Below are positions 1 to 14,100 of a stretch of 64,000 nt of DNA, piece by piece (position 1 is the stretch's first letter; every line of letters begins with the position of its first letter). Source of the stretch: Dipteris shenzhenensis (lineage: Eukaryota). The position numbers were made by a program, and so were the translations under genes. Location of the stretch: the NCBI GenBank assembly GCA_047967505.1, contig CM106538.1. One strand, written 5' to 3'. The notes under the pieces are model-generated. The model saw only the letters and a program-made list of their open reading frames with translations, made no database searches and had not been told where the DNA came from.

Positions 1-2199
1 ATTCTTTCTCTCCCTCTCTTAGTTTGTTTTGATTCCTAGAAGATATTTATTGCTGCTCCTCATCAGACGAAGCTATCATATGCTATTTTTCTCTATCATC
101 TATGAAATTCAAAATCTATCTTGGTGATTATCTGCTAGAGAATCAAAGATTTAGGCTAAGTTTCTACCAAGAGTGATTCTTTTTAGGGTTTTAAGGTTGA
201 TAACCAATTCATTTTAGGGTTTCAAAGCTTAATACAGATTCATTTTAGGGTTTTTGGTTTGGTTTCAAAGGACCAGCAAAGGGGAGTTCCAAGTGGGGCA
301 TATGAAGGCAGCAACCCTCTCAAAACCACTGCCAAGGAGCTTTGGAAAAAACCAAAAAACACCACCAAAAAAAAAAAATCCCTAAAGAACCGCAAAGCAC
401 CTCCAAGAAGAAAACTCCAGAAAGTTGAGAAAACAATCACCTCCCAAACTGCTAGGAGAGCTGTAGATCTAAGGGTACCACCCAAAAAAGACCTTGGGGG
501 GGCAACTTGGAGTGTTAAAGTAGTGTAGCACCTCAAGGGGAGTCCCATTCATTAAACCCCTACCTATGGACAACACAAGCCAAAGGTAGGGGTTGTTGGC
601 TAGCCTTCAAGCCCTCCTAGCCTCCAAGAGCTAGGCGAGGGAGCCTTGAGGCTTGTGTAGTGTTGTGGGAAGGACCTAGGCCCCCAAACAGGGGGGAAGC
701 CCTTCCATTGAGCTACAAGTTAAGGCACGAGGGTACGGGAGGAGCGAAGAGGAAGTCAGTGGTGAGAGGGAGAGAAACACAGCAGGAGGAGGGGGTGGGG
801 AGGAAGATCAGGGGGGTTGGGGGGTGGAATGGGAGGGAAGTAAGGGGAGGGAGTAGCAAGCTCCAAAGAGAGAAGCTTATTAATGAAGAATCCTTAATGA
901 ACAACAAATAAGATACATTTTCACCTCATGTAAGGTTTCAAGTGTGGTGAAACCCATTTGGAGCATAGACTGCATGGCTTGCAAGACCATGTTGTACAAA
1001 ACTATGATACCATTAGGATAATCCTAATACTGGCTGACATTATTGTAAACTAGATAATCTTTGGTTTGGATAGCCTCATGGTGGGTGCACTCTTGTAGCT
1101 AGCCTAGGCCTTTGACCAAGGAATCTAGATGGTAGGGCTAGGTTCCAAGGCATCACGCTTTGTTAGTTCAAAATAGCTTCTTTTGCAAGAAAAACTGATG
1201 ACTCTTGCAGGATTCGGCAACACCCTCTAAAATTTAAAATAATTGAGTGCAGTAGGAGTTGTGAAAGGTCTCCACTGAAGAATCCCATGGCAATGATTGG
1301 GTGTGTATACTCAAAGTGTCATCTTAAGAGGGTTAGAATGGTGTGGGGGGAGATTAGTGCAATCAAGGTGATCCTATATAGATGCAGATGTGAGTGTGAG
1401 GTGGTACTATAAAGTGCCTTCTACTATGCGTGGATGTAGTGAGTGAGTAATTGGGGGTGGATGCTGCTAGGAGCCGATCAAATTCTCCTTCTTGTTGCTT
1501 GTTTATTTTGGGCAGTAGGCAGGGCACTTGTTGAGCTCACTACAAGGATTGTTGGAGGTACTAGATTTGGTGCTAGCATGTTCACACCTAATTGTGCAAA
1601 TATTTTATTTTTTATTCATGTGGAACCTTTTGCTCCATCTTGAATGCATATCTATGAGCTATATAATTGGTAGGAGATGTTGCTAATAATTGGCATCAAT
1701 TTTTGATTCATGTTGAACCTTTTGCTCCATCTCGAATGCATCTCCAATTCTAACAAAAGACCAATTATATAGCTATATTATTTGTAGTAGATGTTTTAGG
1801 GGATTGTGGAGCTGAAATAGGAAATTTGGAGCAATCACGTCATGGTGGTCTGACAGCTCCACCCTTGTGAGAAATCGAAGCACTCGAGTAGGGTCGACTA
1901 AAGCTAGATTTTTTATGTCTTTAAAAGGAATAACACCCTTATGCTTATGGGATGAGAAATCCATGAGACCTTGCGAATGGTTCTCCATGTGATGGTAGTT
2001 TATGAACGGTTCACTCATCATTGGGAGATTGAAGGATGCACACACTTCATTGATGCTAAAATGATAGTGATAAGGGCAGCCATCAACATCTTTGATGAAT
2101 GTTACATGTGTGCTCACATTGTAATTTGACACGAACTGTGACATCATCTTCAGGTCTTAGCAAGGGAATTCTTTAGCTATTTGTAGGCCAATTGCCTCT

Positions 2200-4570
2200 A
2201 GGTGAGGCTGTGCATTGGGATCCTGAAGGGCTTAGTAACATGTGGCACTGTCTTGATAAACGTTGAAACTTCATCCACCCTATATCTTTATTTTGTGTGA
2301 AGAACAACTGCTCCTAAGGCTTCCATCCATTGAATGGACTACCGAATTGTCTATGGTTTTACATGATCTTAAAAACTGAGAAATGGCTACACCCATTTTG
2401 AGGCACCCAAGATGGGATATCATTTTTCATGTGCATGTGGATGCTTTTGGGTATGCCTTAGGCATATTTTGGCCCAACCGGATGGTTGGTCAGATTACTC
2501 AATGTATCATGCTAGTCTATTATTGACACCTACCGAGTCCACCTATAGCACCATCGAGCGAGAAGCTTTGGGTATGATATTCAGTGTACAAAAACTAAGG
2601 GATTATTTACTCAACAATTCCTTTGTGTTTTATGTGGATCGTTAAGCATTACTTTGTTTGATCAACAAGACTATTATTCAAGGGCACCTTGTTTGTTGGA
2701 TGCTTCTTCTTCAAGAGTTCAACTTTAAAATTATTCATAAACCCGCAAAAACTCATGTAGGAGCTGACTGTTTGTCTAGACTACCACAAGGAGTCACTAC
2801 TGAACTCTTAGATGCTGAACTCTTTGCAGTTAACTGACTACAGTGAGAATGAATATGCCAAGTTGATGCAATATTTGTCTAAGGGTACATTTCCTGATAC
2901 AATGCCTCATGACAAGCGCAAAAAATTTGCCTTGAAGGCTGGGAAACACAATTTAATTAGTGGACATGATCTTGCAGGATGCTCATGGGTGAGAATGATG
3001 CATAACTTGAGAAAGATTGGCCCTCCAAATGGGGTAGAAGGAGTGCCCATGTGAGTGTATTTTTGCTAGACTCTCCTACATGCTCATCTCAAGCCACAAT
3101 CCATATGCCTGCAAAATGCCCAAACCCACACACCATGAATGACACGAGAGGGTACAACCCTCATGCCTCTTGGGATCACATCCCTTGGGTGTACCCCATT
3201 ATTCTACCCTTAGCCTATGACTCTTTATGCCTACCATTGATTAATGCAATACCCATGCACAATACTACCCTTTCCTAACCATCCTAGGACCTAATGCATA
3301 CGTGCATATTTTATTATATTCAATTGGCCAATTTACAATGTTACAACCATAGGGTAATTGCCAGATTCCCTAGAATGATCCACTAGTATCTAATACAAAT
3401 AATCATGTCATGACATCCCTCTTGCTTAAAGAACCAGATGTCCTCATCTGTGTGCCTTGAAATAATCTTCAACCACTGCGGGGTAATTAATAGCACAAGG
3501 AGGGGGGCCAGCTTGTTAGGGCTTTTTGCTGCGCTGCAGCCTTAATTAAAAGTGGTTGATGTAGCCAGGGCCTAGAAAGAACGTTCGTGGCTCACACCGC
3601 CCTGTGCGCATCAACGAGCCCCATACAGATGTGTGGGGTTGACGGCTCCTTTAATGGAAGGGGGTAGGACAGGGTGATGGCACCACATCACTATGGGGGG
3701 AGAAGAAGATCATTAATGCAGCGAGAGGGGTTACTAGCTCTGTGGCTACCACCCAGAGGAACTCGCAGACTATGCAACATACAACAGAAGAGAAACAATA
3801 TTGTAACCGTTTATGAGGAAAATGGAAGGACGGACCCCCTAGTTCTACTCTTGATGGTCATGCTAATGCCAACCCATGCAATAGCTTCCACATGGCGGTT
3901 CACACAGGCAGAGGATCAAGGCTCTTATACCACTTGTCACAATCTTGATGTAGGATGCTCATGGGTGAGAATGATGCAAAACTTGAGAAAGATTGGCCCT
4001 CCAAATGGGGTGGAAGGAGTGCCCACATGAGTGTATTTTTGCTAGACTCTCCTACATGCTCATCCCCTATCCATATGCTTGCAAAATGCCCATACCCACA
4101 CACCATGAATGGCACAAGAGGGTACAAACCTCATGCCTCTTGGGATCACATCCCTTGGGCATACCCCATTATTCTACCCTTAGCCTATGACTCTTTTTGC
4201 CTACCATTGATTAATGCAATACCCATGCACAATACTACCCTTTCCTAACCATTTTAGGACCTAATGCATACATGCATATTTTATTATATTCAATTGGCCA
4301 ATTTACAATGTTACAACCATAGGGTAATCACCAGATGCCCTAGAATGATTCACTAGGATCTAATACAAATAATCATGTCATGACAGGACACCTTTATTGT
4401 CAGTTTGCTGATGTTGTTCTTCGCCGTGGAGTAATGCCATAGGAGCAAGCACTCGTTTTATAAGAAACTCACTTGGGTCCTTCAGGAGGACATTTCCAAG
4501 GAGGGCTAACTTTGAGAAAAGTGTTGCACATAGGATTATGGTGGGAAACCTTGTTTAAGGATGCTCAAAC
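2200..4570 (+). mobile_element. Degraded Ty3/gypsy pol remnant (RNase H and integrase Zn finger), split by a TRIM-like insertion
   Basis: ORF 2412-2645 has the RNase H motif YSTIEREALGMIFSVQKLRDYL, continued by WMLLLQEFNFKIIHKP..THVGADCLSRL. After the insertion it reads ETHLGPSGGHF..TLRKVLHIGLWWETLFKDA (integrase H2C2 region). Multiple stops. Confidence 0.85.
2967..4385 (-). mobile_element. TRIM-like non-autonomous LTR retroelement (two ~450-bp LTRs, ~520-bp interior)
   Basis: Direct repeats 2967-3415 and 3935-4385, both ending TGACA. tRNA-Met PBS on minus at 3921-3932 (TGGTATAAGAGC). Purine-rich PPT on minus next to 3416. 5-bp TSD GGACA at 2962-2966 and 4386-4390. Confidence 0.9.
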
Positions 4571-7500
4571 TAATCTGTTCCTTCAGACGTAGTACTGGGA
4601 AGAGTTGGCTAGGTTCTTCGAGGAGCAAATGGCAAGATTAAGGGCTCTGATGGCCAAGTGTAAGAGCTTGTAGGAGTAGCTTGATAGCAAGAGGGCAATA
4701 CATGACGAGTTGCTTCAGAAGTACTCCCTACTAAGCCAAACTCACACTGAGCTACAAACGGAATTCAACCTCAAATGTGAGGTGGATAGGTTACAGACAA
4801 TTGATGCCAGTCCCAAAGTGAGCCCATGAATGTTGTAGGGGCCAACATCAAGCTTAAAAATCTGATGGCAAAAATACAACAGATAAGGGTTGACCCAAAG
4901 GTCTTCCAGGCGACCCAGGCTTAGGCGGAATTGCTACTACAGAAAGAGAACGCTCGCCTCCGTCAAGCAGATATTGATGCTGATAAATTTAAGAGGAAAA
5001 TACTCGGTTGCAAGCAAAGTTGGAGCACTATGACCAACATCAATCCCTTATGAGGGTCTAGTTGTTGCCGATCTATGGACAATATATTGGCTCACCAACC
5101 CAAAAAGGCCACCTATAGATATCAGCCCATTGTACCCATGGCCTTCCCATGGGCAACGGAGTTTTGGCCCTGACCCTACAGTTTCTAATTCCTCTCCCTG
5201 GTCCTCACCGACAAACAAAGCTGGACCCTCTGCTCCACCTGCCCACTCTGTTCCACCACAACAATGTCGGCATCTTTCATAGCATCCTTGCGGCTTCAAT
5301 CCCAGAGCCTCAGGGTTTGAGAAGCAGCTAGTTCCTGCTAGTCCATCATCGTGAGGACTCGGTTGAAGGATAGTTGAAGTGAAATGTTGGCCCTCAGGTC
5401 AGGCCAACATGGGCACAGGGTTAAGGCTAATTGCAGTTCCTGAGCACAGTCTCGCTCGAAAGCAGTAGAATGTTCTAGACTGACCACCATTCATAGTTAG
5501 ACATGAATATGATGATGAGCAGTTAAATCAATAGCAAAAAATGGTGTGGTGCACCGAGCGTGATATCTTTTAGAAGGTGGTTTGCATAGTTAGTACAAGG
5601 CTTTGTAACAGGAAGAAGGGCAAAGAGAGCAGTGTGTGACGAATACTCTCCCTCTCACTTGAGCTTGCTAGGTTAGGAAGTTGCTACATTGAGTGTTCAT
5701 TGCAAGCTTAGGCGGCTTGGTTGTAAGAAGCATATCAATACAAGTTGATTTCCTTTGTCTATACATTGTCTATTCATTTACAGTGTCGTGCACCCAGTGT
5801 TGTTTTCCTAAGTAATGTGAACTCGGTTCTCCCATCACCATTCGGTTCTCCCTTCAACAAATATCCCCAAACTCTCAGTGTTAATGTTGTCCTCTATTTT
5901 GTCACTTGAGTATGCTACATTAAGGATTGCAAGAGTGAGCATCTTCACTAAGCACTGCACAAGAATGGGATAGCACCGAGCACCTTAAGTTAGTCATGGG
6001 TGTGAACTGAAACATCAATAAGGCCACCTTCCCCATTCACAAAGATGACCAGCCAACCATAAGCGAAGCCTACTCCAACAGATATGACATGGCATCAAGT
6101 CACAAGATCCTTCCAAGTCTTCAAAGATATCACTGACTTGAGCTACCTGGAAGAGAAAACTCTACAACTTTAACCTTATAATGAGTAGATATCATGGAGG
6201 TGAAAGCTTTGACAGAGTTCATATAACAAAGTTTTCTATTGTGAAGGGCAGCACATCCCGCTAGATTCAAAGGTGGCTACGAGAGCCCAGATATTTTGAC
6301 AGCCCCTACTAATGACAAAGATGCTAGTCTACTACTGATAAAGACACTAGTCTACATAAAAAATGGCATGTCCCCTTTTTAAGCAACCTGATTTTTGGAG
6401 AATCTATTGTTGTGTAATTTAAGGATGCTAAATCCACCCAACATACGCCTATGCATCATTGATGGTGGAGGGATGATTTCCAAAACTTGCAAGACAGTGA
6501 TTCCAATGTCAAATACAAATTTCCTTGCTTCAACTTCCCAAAGCAACTCTCAGGCTCATACACCAACTAGAAACTTTCAACACCATGTATGCTGAGGTCT
6601 CGGTGTTGTCACCTCTATCCATTTCTTCAAGCTCTTAATAATTTTGCTACTATGTGGGACATCCCCAAAAGAGCCCTTACAAAGAGTGGCAACTAAACCT
6701 CTACTTAGAACTAGTGTTCGACCCCAACAAAGGCCAGACCTTCAAGCAAACAAGCCTAAATCTCCATACCCATCATGTATACATTTGAGGACATGCACGA
6801 CACCAAACAACCGAATCATTATTTTTGTTATATCTTGCAAAGATTGCTTGATTGGCACTCCATTGTTCAATCATCGCAATCTTCATAAGTTTTGCACAGT
6901 CCTTGATCCAAGGATGGATTAACATCAAGAGGGTGGGCATGTTAATTGAGTAGCACAAATATAATTAGGATTTTGCCTTGAAGCCATGTAGGCCCTAGAA
7001 GGTTATAGTGGCAGTGTAGAGAGTAAGAAGAGAGCTTAGGGTTGGCCCTCCTTCAAAAGGTGGCATGTATAAAAGGGAAAACCGTCTTCTTCCATGAGTT
7101 GTGTTCTTATTTCCTTCTCTTGCTTCTTGTGAATGCCATGATTCCCCTTCCCTTGTTCATTATCTCCCTCTCCCTCTCATCTTCCCTCCCCTTCTCTCCA
7201 ATCTTCTCGTGTGGATTCATGAGTGCAATAACCTGGGAGCCTCAAGAATGACACTTGTGGATAGCCTTTGCATGCATTTCTCTCAGCAAGGGTGGGTTAG
7301 AGGTGAGCTCTCTGTCGGCTTTTTGATAAGATCCCCATGACATGTGAGTCATTGTAGAGGACTACACAAGTCTCTGGTAATATTTGCATACTTACACTCA
7401 TAGTACTCTAAGTCCCACACCCAATAGTTAATATAACCTGATCTAACCACACATGTAAGACAAACCAGACTATCAAAGGTTTGGTGATATATAGCCAAAG

Positions 7501-7624
7501 AGGGGTCTTTTTTCACCTTAACAACAAATGGCTCTTGGCTATTTATACCTTAAGCCTTGGCTGCCCTTCTCAAAGAAGGTTCTCCTAATCATCTGTCCTT
7601 TGAAAAGTCTTCCCTCAAATTGTC

Positions 7625-9012
7625 AACTTGCGTAATACCTCTTGAATTACTTTGTTGTTGCTATCTCTCCTCTTCTTCATTTGTTGTTGCCTTGCTTGCT
7701 CTTGAGACCCCCTTAACCAACGATGTTTGTTTCCTTTTGTTTTCCAGGGCACATAGGGCCACTTGACTACCAAGGTAGGATGGAGGAGTATAGTTGATTT
7801 CCTTTCATGATCCACGCAGTGTTGGAATTTTTAAAACTCACTTGTGTGCGGCCACCCTAGTCACAGTAAGAGAGATCTGCATATTTTCTTCTTGATCTTC
7901 ATGCTTTCTTGGGAATTGAAAAGTGCTAATGGCTTATTTTGATTGTTGCCAATGCTTGGCACTTCTTGTGATTGATTGTTTTTAGAATCATAGTCTTCAA
8001 TTTTGTCCAAGCTTACATTGCAGATATCTTGAGTAATTGACTTCCGCGAGATCACCCCTTTGCAAACTCTTCCCTCAGACCATCAACCCTGTGTAATACC
8101 TCTAGAATTAGTTTGCTGTTGTGATCTCTCCTCTCCTTTGTTTGTTGTTACTTTGCTTGCACTTGAGACCCCCTTAAACAATGATCTTGTTTTCTTATGT
8201 TTTCCAAGGCACATAGGGCTACATGACTACCAAGGTAAAATGGAGGAGTATGGGTGATTTCCTTTCACGATCCATGCGGTTCCCTACCTCTAGATACTAG
8301 CATTGTTATAGCAATGCTTTCAATCTAAACTTTGCAGGATTGTGCTATGTTTCACTAGTCTTTCTTGGAACTCCTTCTAGGCTTTGACACTTTGGCCACA
8401 AATTGAACAGTGGCTTGGATTGACTCTCTTAAGATTGCTTCAATAATGCCTATGCGTTTCTCCTTTACTATGTGACATAATAGTCATGCATAAGACTCTG
8501 CTACTTAGCCATTATCACAGCGATAAACATTCTTCCACTGGTTATCTTAATATAGTTGCAAATGGTCAAGGCATTTGCTTTTCTCCGTCATTGATTAGCT
8601 AGGATAATTGGATGAGTAATTTTGGTATTGTGCTAGTGTAGGTCTTTCCTCACGTATCAAATGCCCTTTTGCCATGCTCTCCTTAAGATCTAGCCTTTTC
8701 GGGTTTTTTCATAAAGTCACTGATAGTTGGATACTACTCAAAGTCATGGTTATGATCTTGCTCTTGGAATTTTTAAAACTCACTTGTGTGCATCCACCTT
8801 AGTTACAATAAGAGTGCATATTTTCTTCTTGATCTTCATACTTTCTTAGGAATTGAAAAGGGCTAATGACTTATTTTGATTGTTGCCAATGCTTGGCACT
8901 TCTTGTGATTGCAGTTTCTTTTCAAAGGATTGTTTTTAGAATCACAGTCTTCAATTCTGTCCAAGCTTACATTGCACAAATCTTGAATAAGTGACTTCCT
9001 CGAGATCTCCCC
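7625..9012. repeat. Local duplications in A-B-A'-x-B' arrangement
   Basis: ~7625-7820 resembles ~8085-8280 (gtaatacctc..gagacccc..gactaccaaggta). ~7821-8056 resembles ~8764-9012 (ttggaatttttaaaactcacttgtgtg..gagatc). Confidence 0.8.
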
Positions 9013-9717
9013 TACTGATAAGTTGGTAACATGCTATGATCATTTTCCACTTCTCATGATAATAGCTCCCTTGCCATGATTATTTTTAGGAAGATCATCT
9101 TCAACGCTTAGGTTGCAAGAATCATATGAACTTATGCAGCTAATAGAAGTAGCTTCTTGCAATTGATGTATTGGCTTGTGATCTATTGGTGGATCCTGAC
9201 CAACATTGTGGTGGGAATCCTTAAAAAACAATGCTGCTTGCTGCAAAGGATCTACATTCTACATTTGCAAACTCATGTATTGTTGGCATCACCATGCTAA
9301 GGTAACAGACTCTGAAATGGAACACCATCGAGATGTTTAAAAAGAAATTGAAAACCAAGGTCTGCTGACTCCCTCTTCTCAAATGAGACTAAGTAGGTTG
9401 CTGCTTGTGTTGTGTCTTGTGTTTGCTGCTCCATATTGTTTGAGACCTGTGGGTCTTGTTGGGTAATTAGAAGTCTTTGTGTTGCTTGAGTGTGTGTGGT
9501 TTGTTGTTATTGCTTGAGTGTGTGTTTTGTTGTTATTGCTTGATGCTTTTGTTTTTTATTGCAAGGAGTGTTGGTTGGTTTGTGTTTCGAAAGCATTTAC
9601 TCATTTGTAGGCCAAAAGCATGATGTGTGCATTGTACATGTTACTTTCGCAGGGGTGAGAAAAGCATTCACACACGTGCTTGTGTTTGTGCCTCCCCCTC
9701 CCCTCCCCTCGCCCCCC

Positions 9718-9751
<34 letters not shown>

Positions 9752-10416
9752 AAGAGCCAATGCAAACACAATACTGGATGGGATGCTTGAGAAAATGTAA
9801 GTTGAGAAAGATTTTTGTTAATGTGGTCCAAATAAGATGGAGAAAAACCAGTCCTACTGGCATTAAAGCTCAATAGATCCTCATTAAGGGCAACAAGGAG
9901 TTACACACAACTGTTTGATTAACTTGCATGTGAGAAGGGGCCTATGACTGATCATTGCATGTTCTTATTCTCCCCCTCCCTCATTAAGACTACTAAGACT
10001 ATTGTTTGATGACTTAGCATATTTGATTGTTTGGTGAGTTGATGCTTAATATGTGTAAGGCACTCTTTTGACTTATTTGATTGTTTAGGTAAGGCGCTCT
10101 TTTACTTGAGCAATTGCTGGTTAATGGAGTTTTAGCATCGTGAGGTAAGGGCCTCGGGCAGTCATGAACCTTAAGGTACATAAGGTGAGATGTCTCGAGA
10201 GTAAAAAAACAATGATGCAGGTTTTTTTTTTTGATTCACCCACCCACTCACCCATCCATTTGATCCTATCGAGCGGCACCTGCCGTGGGTCTATGGTGCA
10301 AGTTGTGGGAGTTGACTCGGGCTGACTCGACCATTAGGGGAGACCCTTTTGGAAAGCTCAACCTGGGGACACCCTTTTAGGGAAGAGAAGAAAGTTGAGT
10401 TGAAGAATAAGCCTTG

Positions 10417-11106
10417 ATGTTTCCTTCACTTTTGCGATCAATACCTCTTGTGAGCTTGAGCTCTCCTCGCCATCGCCGTCTGCATCTCCATTGCCATTGC
10501 CTCTCAGCTTCTTTCGCCTGCTTTTCTATCCTCCCTTCCATCTTTCTGGCCTCTTCTCCTTCTTCCTCGTCGGCCTTGCTGCCTGCAAGCCTTTACTCAC
10601 CTTACCTTAACCAACCTTGCAAATCCTCCTCCTTCCCCCCCTTCACCGCTCATAGATATCCTTTTGGCATGGCGGGCGGTGACGAATTTGGTCATGCGGC
10701 AGTCGCAGAGATTGCCGATCGTCAGGAATCTAGCAGGAACTGTCAGGCATACTTTCCAGAGAACAACGGCTTGCATCAGGCTTTCGAGCCGGAATACGAC
10801 GGACGTCAGGGACCAGGACACTGCTGTCGAGAGCAGGCACATCCATTCGATGACCCTCCGGAGAACGAAGCTGTAAGACAGAGCACCCCTAACGGTATCG
10901 GACATCATGCACTGGAACAGGTCAAGACGTCGGCTGCTGAATCGAGTTCTGAGCAGAGCGTTGCATCAGGATCACCGATACCGTCCGAGGAGATCAGACG
11001 GAGGAAGATGGGAGGTGAATGGTTTCGGCTGAGCAACTCGTGTCTGCTTGCTCTGCATAGGGGCGATATCACAAAGTGGAAAGTGGACGGAAAAACTGAT
11101 GCTGTT
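10417..11106 (+). CDS. Macrodomain gene exon 1 (transit-peptide-like leader, acidic linker, start of macro fold)
   Basis: ATG at 10417; ends ...[15 protein letters not shown] followed by donor GTGAGT at 11107. Confidence 0.9.
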
Positions 11107-14100
11107 GTGAGTAAGCGGAGTTTCCTCTCTCTTAAAGGCTTTGAAAGTTTATAACTCACATTTTATATACAATCAAGAATACCAATTGCTGTGAGATGAA
11201 TAGTTTGTGGGGATTAACGCTTGGAAAACACGTTGCAGGTGAACGCAGCCAACAATCGCATGCTTGGAGGTGGTGGGGTTGATGGAGGTTTGTACCACTC
11301 ATTACTGTATATCTGCTTCCACATGATGCATTTTCACAATTGCTGTGACCGTTTAGTGGATGGCATGCTTATTAATGATAAACTTTTTGCCAAATCCCAA
11401 TCATGTGCGCTGGGTGGTTTTTGCTAAAGGAATTCAAGGGTAGTGCATTTGGAGCATCCACAAACAATCTTATATGTTCTTGTGCCTCATTTGAAAGCGT
11501 CCCGGGCAAGCCATACGGCTAGATCCCCCCCCACTCCCCCCTTTCCCCTTCGCACCGGCCTCTAAAACAACAAGAACAATAGTCAATCTCCCCTTGACAC
11601 ATAGAAAAGCCAAGCGTGCAAGCTCATAAATGCTTCTTTTGAATCCGCAAGCTCAGTCCACCTTCAACAATTGCAATTTCTGCTTTCAGCATCGGCAAAC
11701 ATTTGTAGGGGACATCTTATGCAGTCCAGTGTGAGGAAAAATAGAAAGTCCTTTAGAGTGTAGTATTTATTTATTGGTCATGGCTGTAAATTGTGGGACG
11801 AGTAATGCCGCTTTCATGTGGTGGAACAGGACATCAATGTGAGGAAGATGAAAAGTTCTTTAGATTGTAGTGGAACTTGTTTCCTGCTATGAGATACAAG
11901 CGGAGTTCTAGTAGTAATGTAAGTGTTGTGACTACAAAGCACACGGTAAATGGCAAACATTAAGTTGGCAAGAGTGTGCAAGTAGCCTAGATCAATGGGT
12001 GAGGACTGTACAGAATGAGGCAACTATCAAGTAGTTGAATGTTTGAGCTGCTATACATGCTCCCCATTCTTACAGGGGATGCTCAAGCACCTATTGTATG
12101 TATGTGTGTGTGTGTGTGTGTCTGATGCATGCATCCAAGAGATGCTTACTATCATTCTACAAATTGGGAGCACTTGTGGGAGTAGGTGAATATTAAATTT
12201 TTGAGAGGAGTTTTTTTTTTTCATTTAGATCAAAGGAGAGGACCTTCAGTATGAGTTTTTAAAAGCTTTGGGTTCCAAAGAACCCCGCCCCCCCCCCCTC
12301 TCTCTCTCTCTCTCTCCCCAACCCCCCAAACCCCCCCCTCTCTCTCTTCCCCTTCTCCTTTCTCTCCCCTTTCCCTTACATGCCCTTAAAAAAAAAAAAA
12401 GGGAGAGAACATACACATAGACCATGTACTCAGGCTTACATTTTAAAACAGAATTTAGAGGACCTTCAAATCATTGCAAAAACAAAGAGGTCTTTTGAAT
12501 GTTCTCAGTTTTTAAAAATTTCTAGCCTGCAGGATTATTTAGTGGCACTCTATGGCATATGCTGCAATTGTGCAATCGATGGGAAAATTGGTAATGTAAG
12601 GAAGCGTAGTGATACATTGCAGTAAATTTCAACAATTCATGTTCCATGTTGTCTAATATAGAAGGTCAGGAGTTTTTGGCCTAGAAGAGTTGAGTTGATA
12701 TAGAGGGCAAGGGGCACTCAATTAGGGAGTTTTACATTCCATACACTTGTGAAACAGGAATGTTTCATATGTGAGGCCCCATCCTGCCTGCAGCCATATA
12801 TTGATAGATTCAGGCAAGCAGTGAATTTCACGTCTAGCTTCTCTGGTTATGATGTCTATGCTATGCTGTGTTGACCTTTGAGCTCCATATCTGGTTTGTC
12901 GAATTTGTTGTACTCACGCTAACTTCCAACAAGGGCATCTGTACTCTAATGAACATGCTTTTCTCAGTTTGGCTTCTCAAGAGCAAAATGGTACACTTCC
13001 TCTTTAGTGTGGACTTTTATTTTTAGAGAGATCCAATTTATGTGACATGCTGCAAGGTGCTGTCTTTTATGCCTTATCTTCTGGCTGGTTGTATCATCTA
13101 TTTGTGGGCTTTCTTGTGGTCCAAGATAGAACTTGATGAATTTAATGCCATTTGTTGTTGGCATGGACAGCTATACACAGAGCAGCTGGACCTAAGTTGT
13201 ACGATGCATGCTATGAGTTGCCCCTTGTAGCCAGAGGTGTTCGGTGTCGTACAGGAGAGGCAGTTATTACAGAGTAATAATAAAGTAGTGTAAGATTCTT
13301 GGGTAATAGTACAGGGTTGTGGATAGGGCTATCATAGTTGAGACTTGAGATGGAATTTTTCATCCGTTTGCTAACTGAGTTTTTTTTTTTTTTGGGATTT
13401 CGCAGTGGATTTCGGTTGCCTGTCTCTAAAATCATACATACTGTGGGGCCCATATATCAGGATGAAGAAACTTCAGCACCTTTGTTGGAAAGATCTTATA
13501 AGTAAGTAACACATTGCCTCTCTAATTGCATTGGTCCTTTATTACGTAAATGTATAGCTCATGCCTTCTACTGAAAGAAGCCCAAAGAGCACCTATTTCG
13601 AATGAACCTTTTATAAAGGTCGAGACTTGGCAATTGCTTTTTCTTTCTGAATTGAATGTGCCCTTCACCCCTCGTTCTTTTTCCCCTCTCCCTTTTCTTC
13701 CTCCCAGAGGCTTTTCACCTTAGTAACTGTTGCCTTTTGTGCAGGAGTGTAATCTTGCTTGCAGTTGAAAATGGAATAAAATACCTCGCTTTTCCAGCCC
13801 TTTCTTGTGGCATTTATGAGTAAGCAATGGCTTGCCATTAGTATATGAGACTTTAAATGTATCACCAAGTTTCCAATTATTTTTGTATTGATTTGTTGCA
13901 CTTCCCCGTCTTCTGATTTCATCCAGTATCGTCTTTGATGTTTCTCAAGTTCCAGTTTGCGCTTACCAACTACGCATTTGTATGTGACGATGACGGTCTC
14001 ATTTCTCTTAAGGCCTACGTATCAACTTATAACACATTTTTGCAGTTACCCGCATGATGAAGCAGCAGAAATAGCTTTGAGAACGGTCAATGATAATGCA

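Noticed and set aside
181-255. Telomeric repeat (TTTTAGGG three times)
   Set aside because: Three isolated motifs at a 31-bp period, not a telomeric tract.
930-2147. Helitron helicase (GDLSQL on minus) or a host gene (ORF 1773-2147)
   Set aside because: One short motif with no other helicase motifs and many stops; probably an unclassifiable TE-derived remnant.
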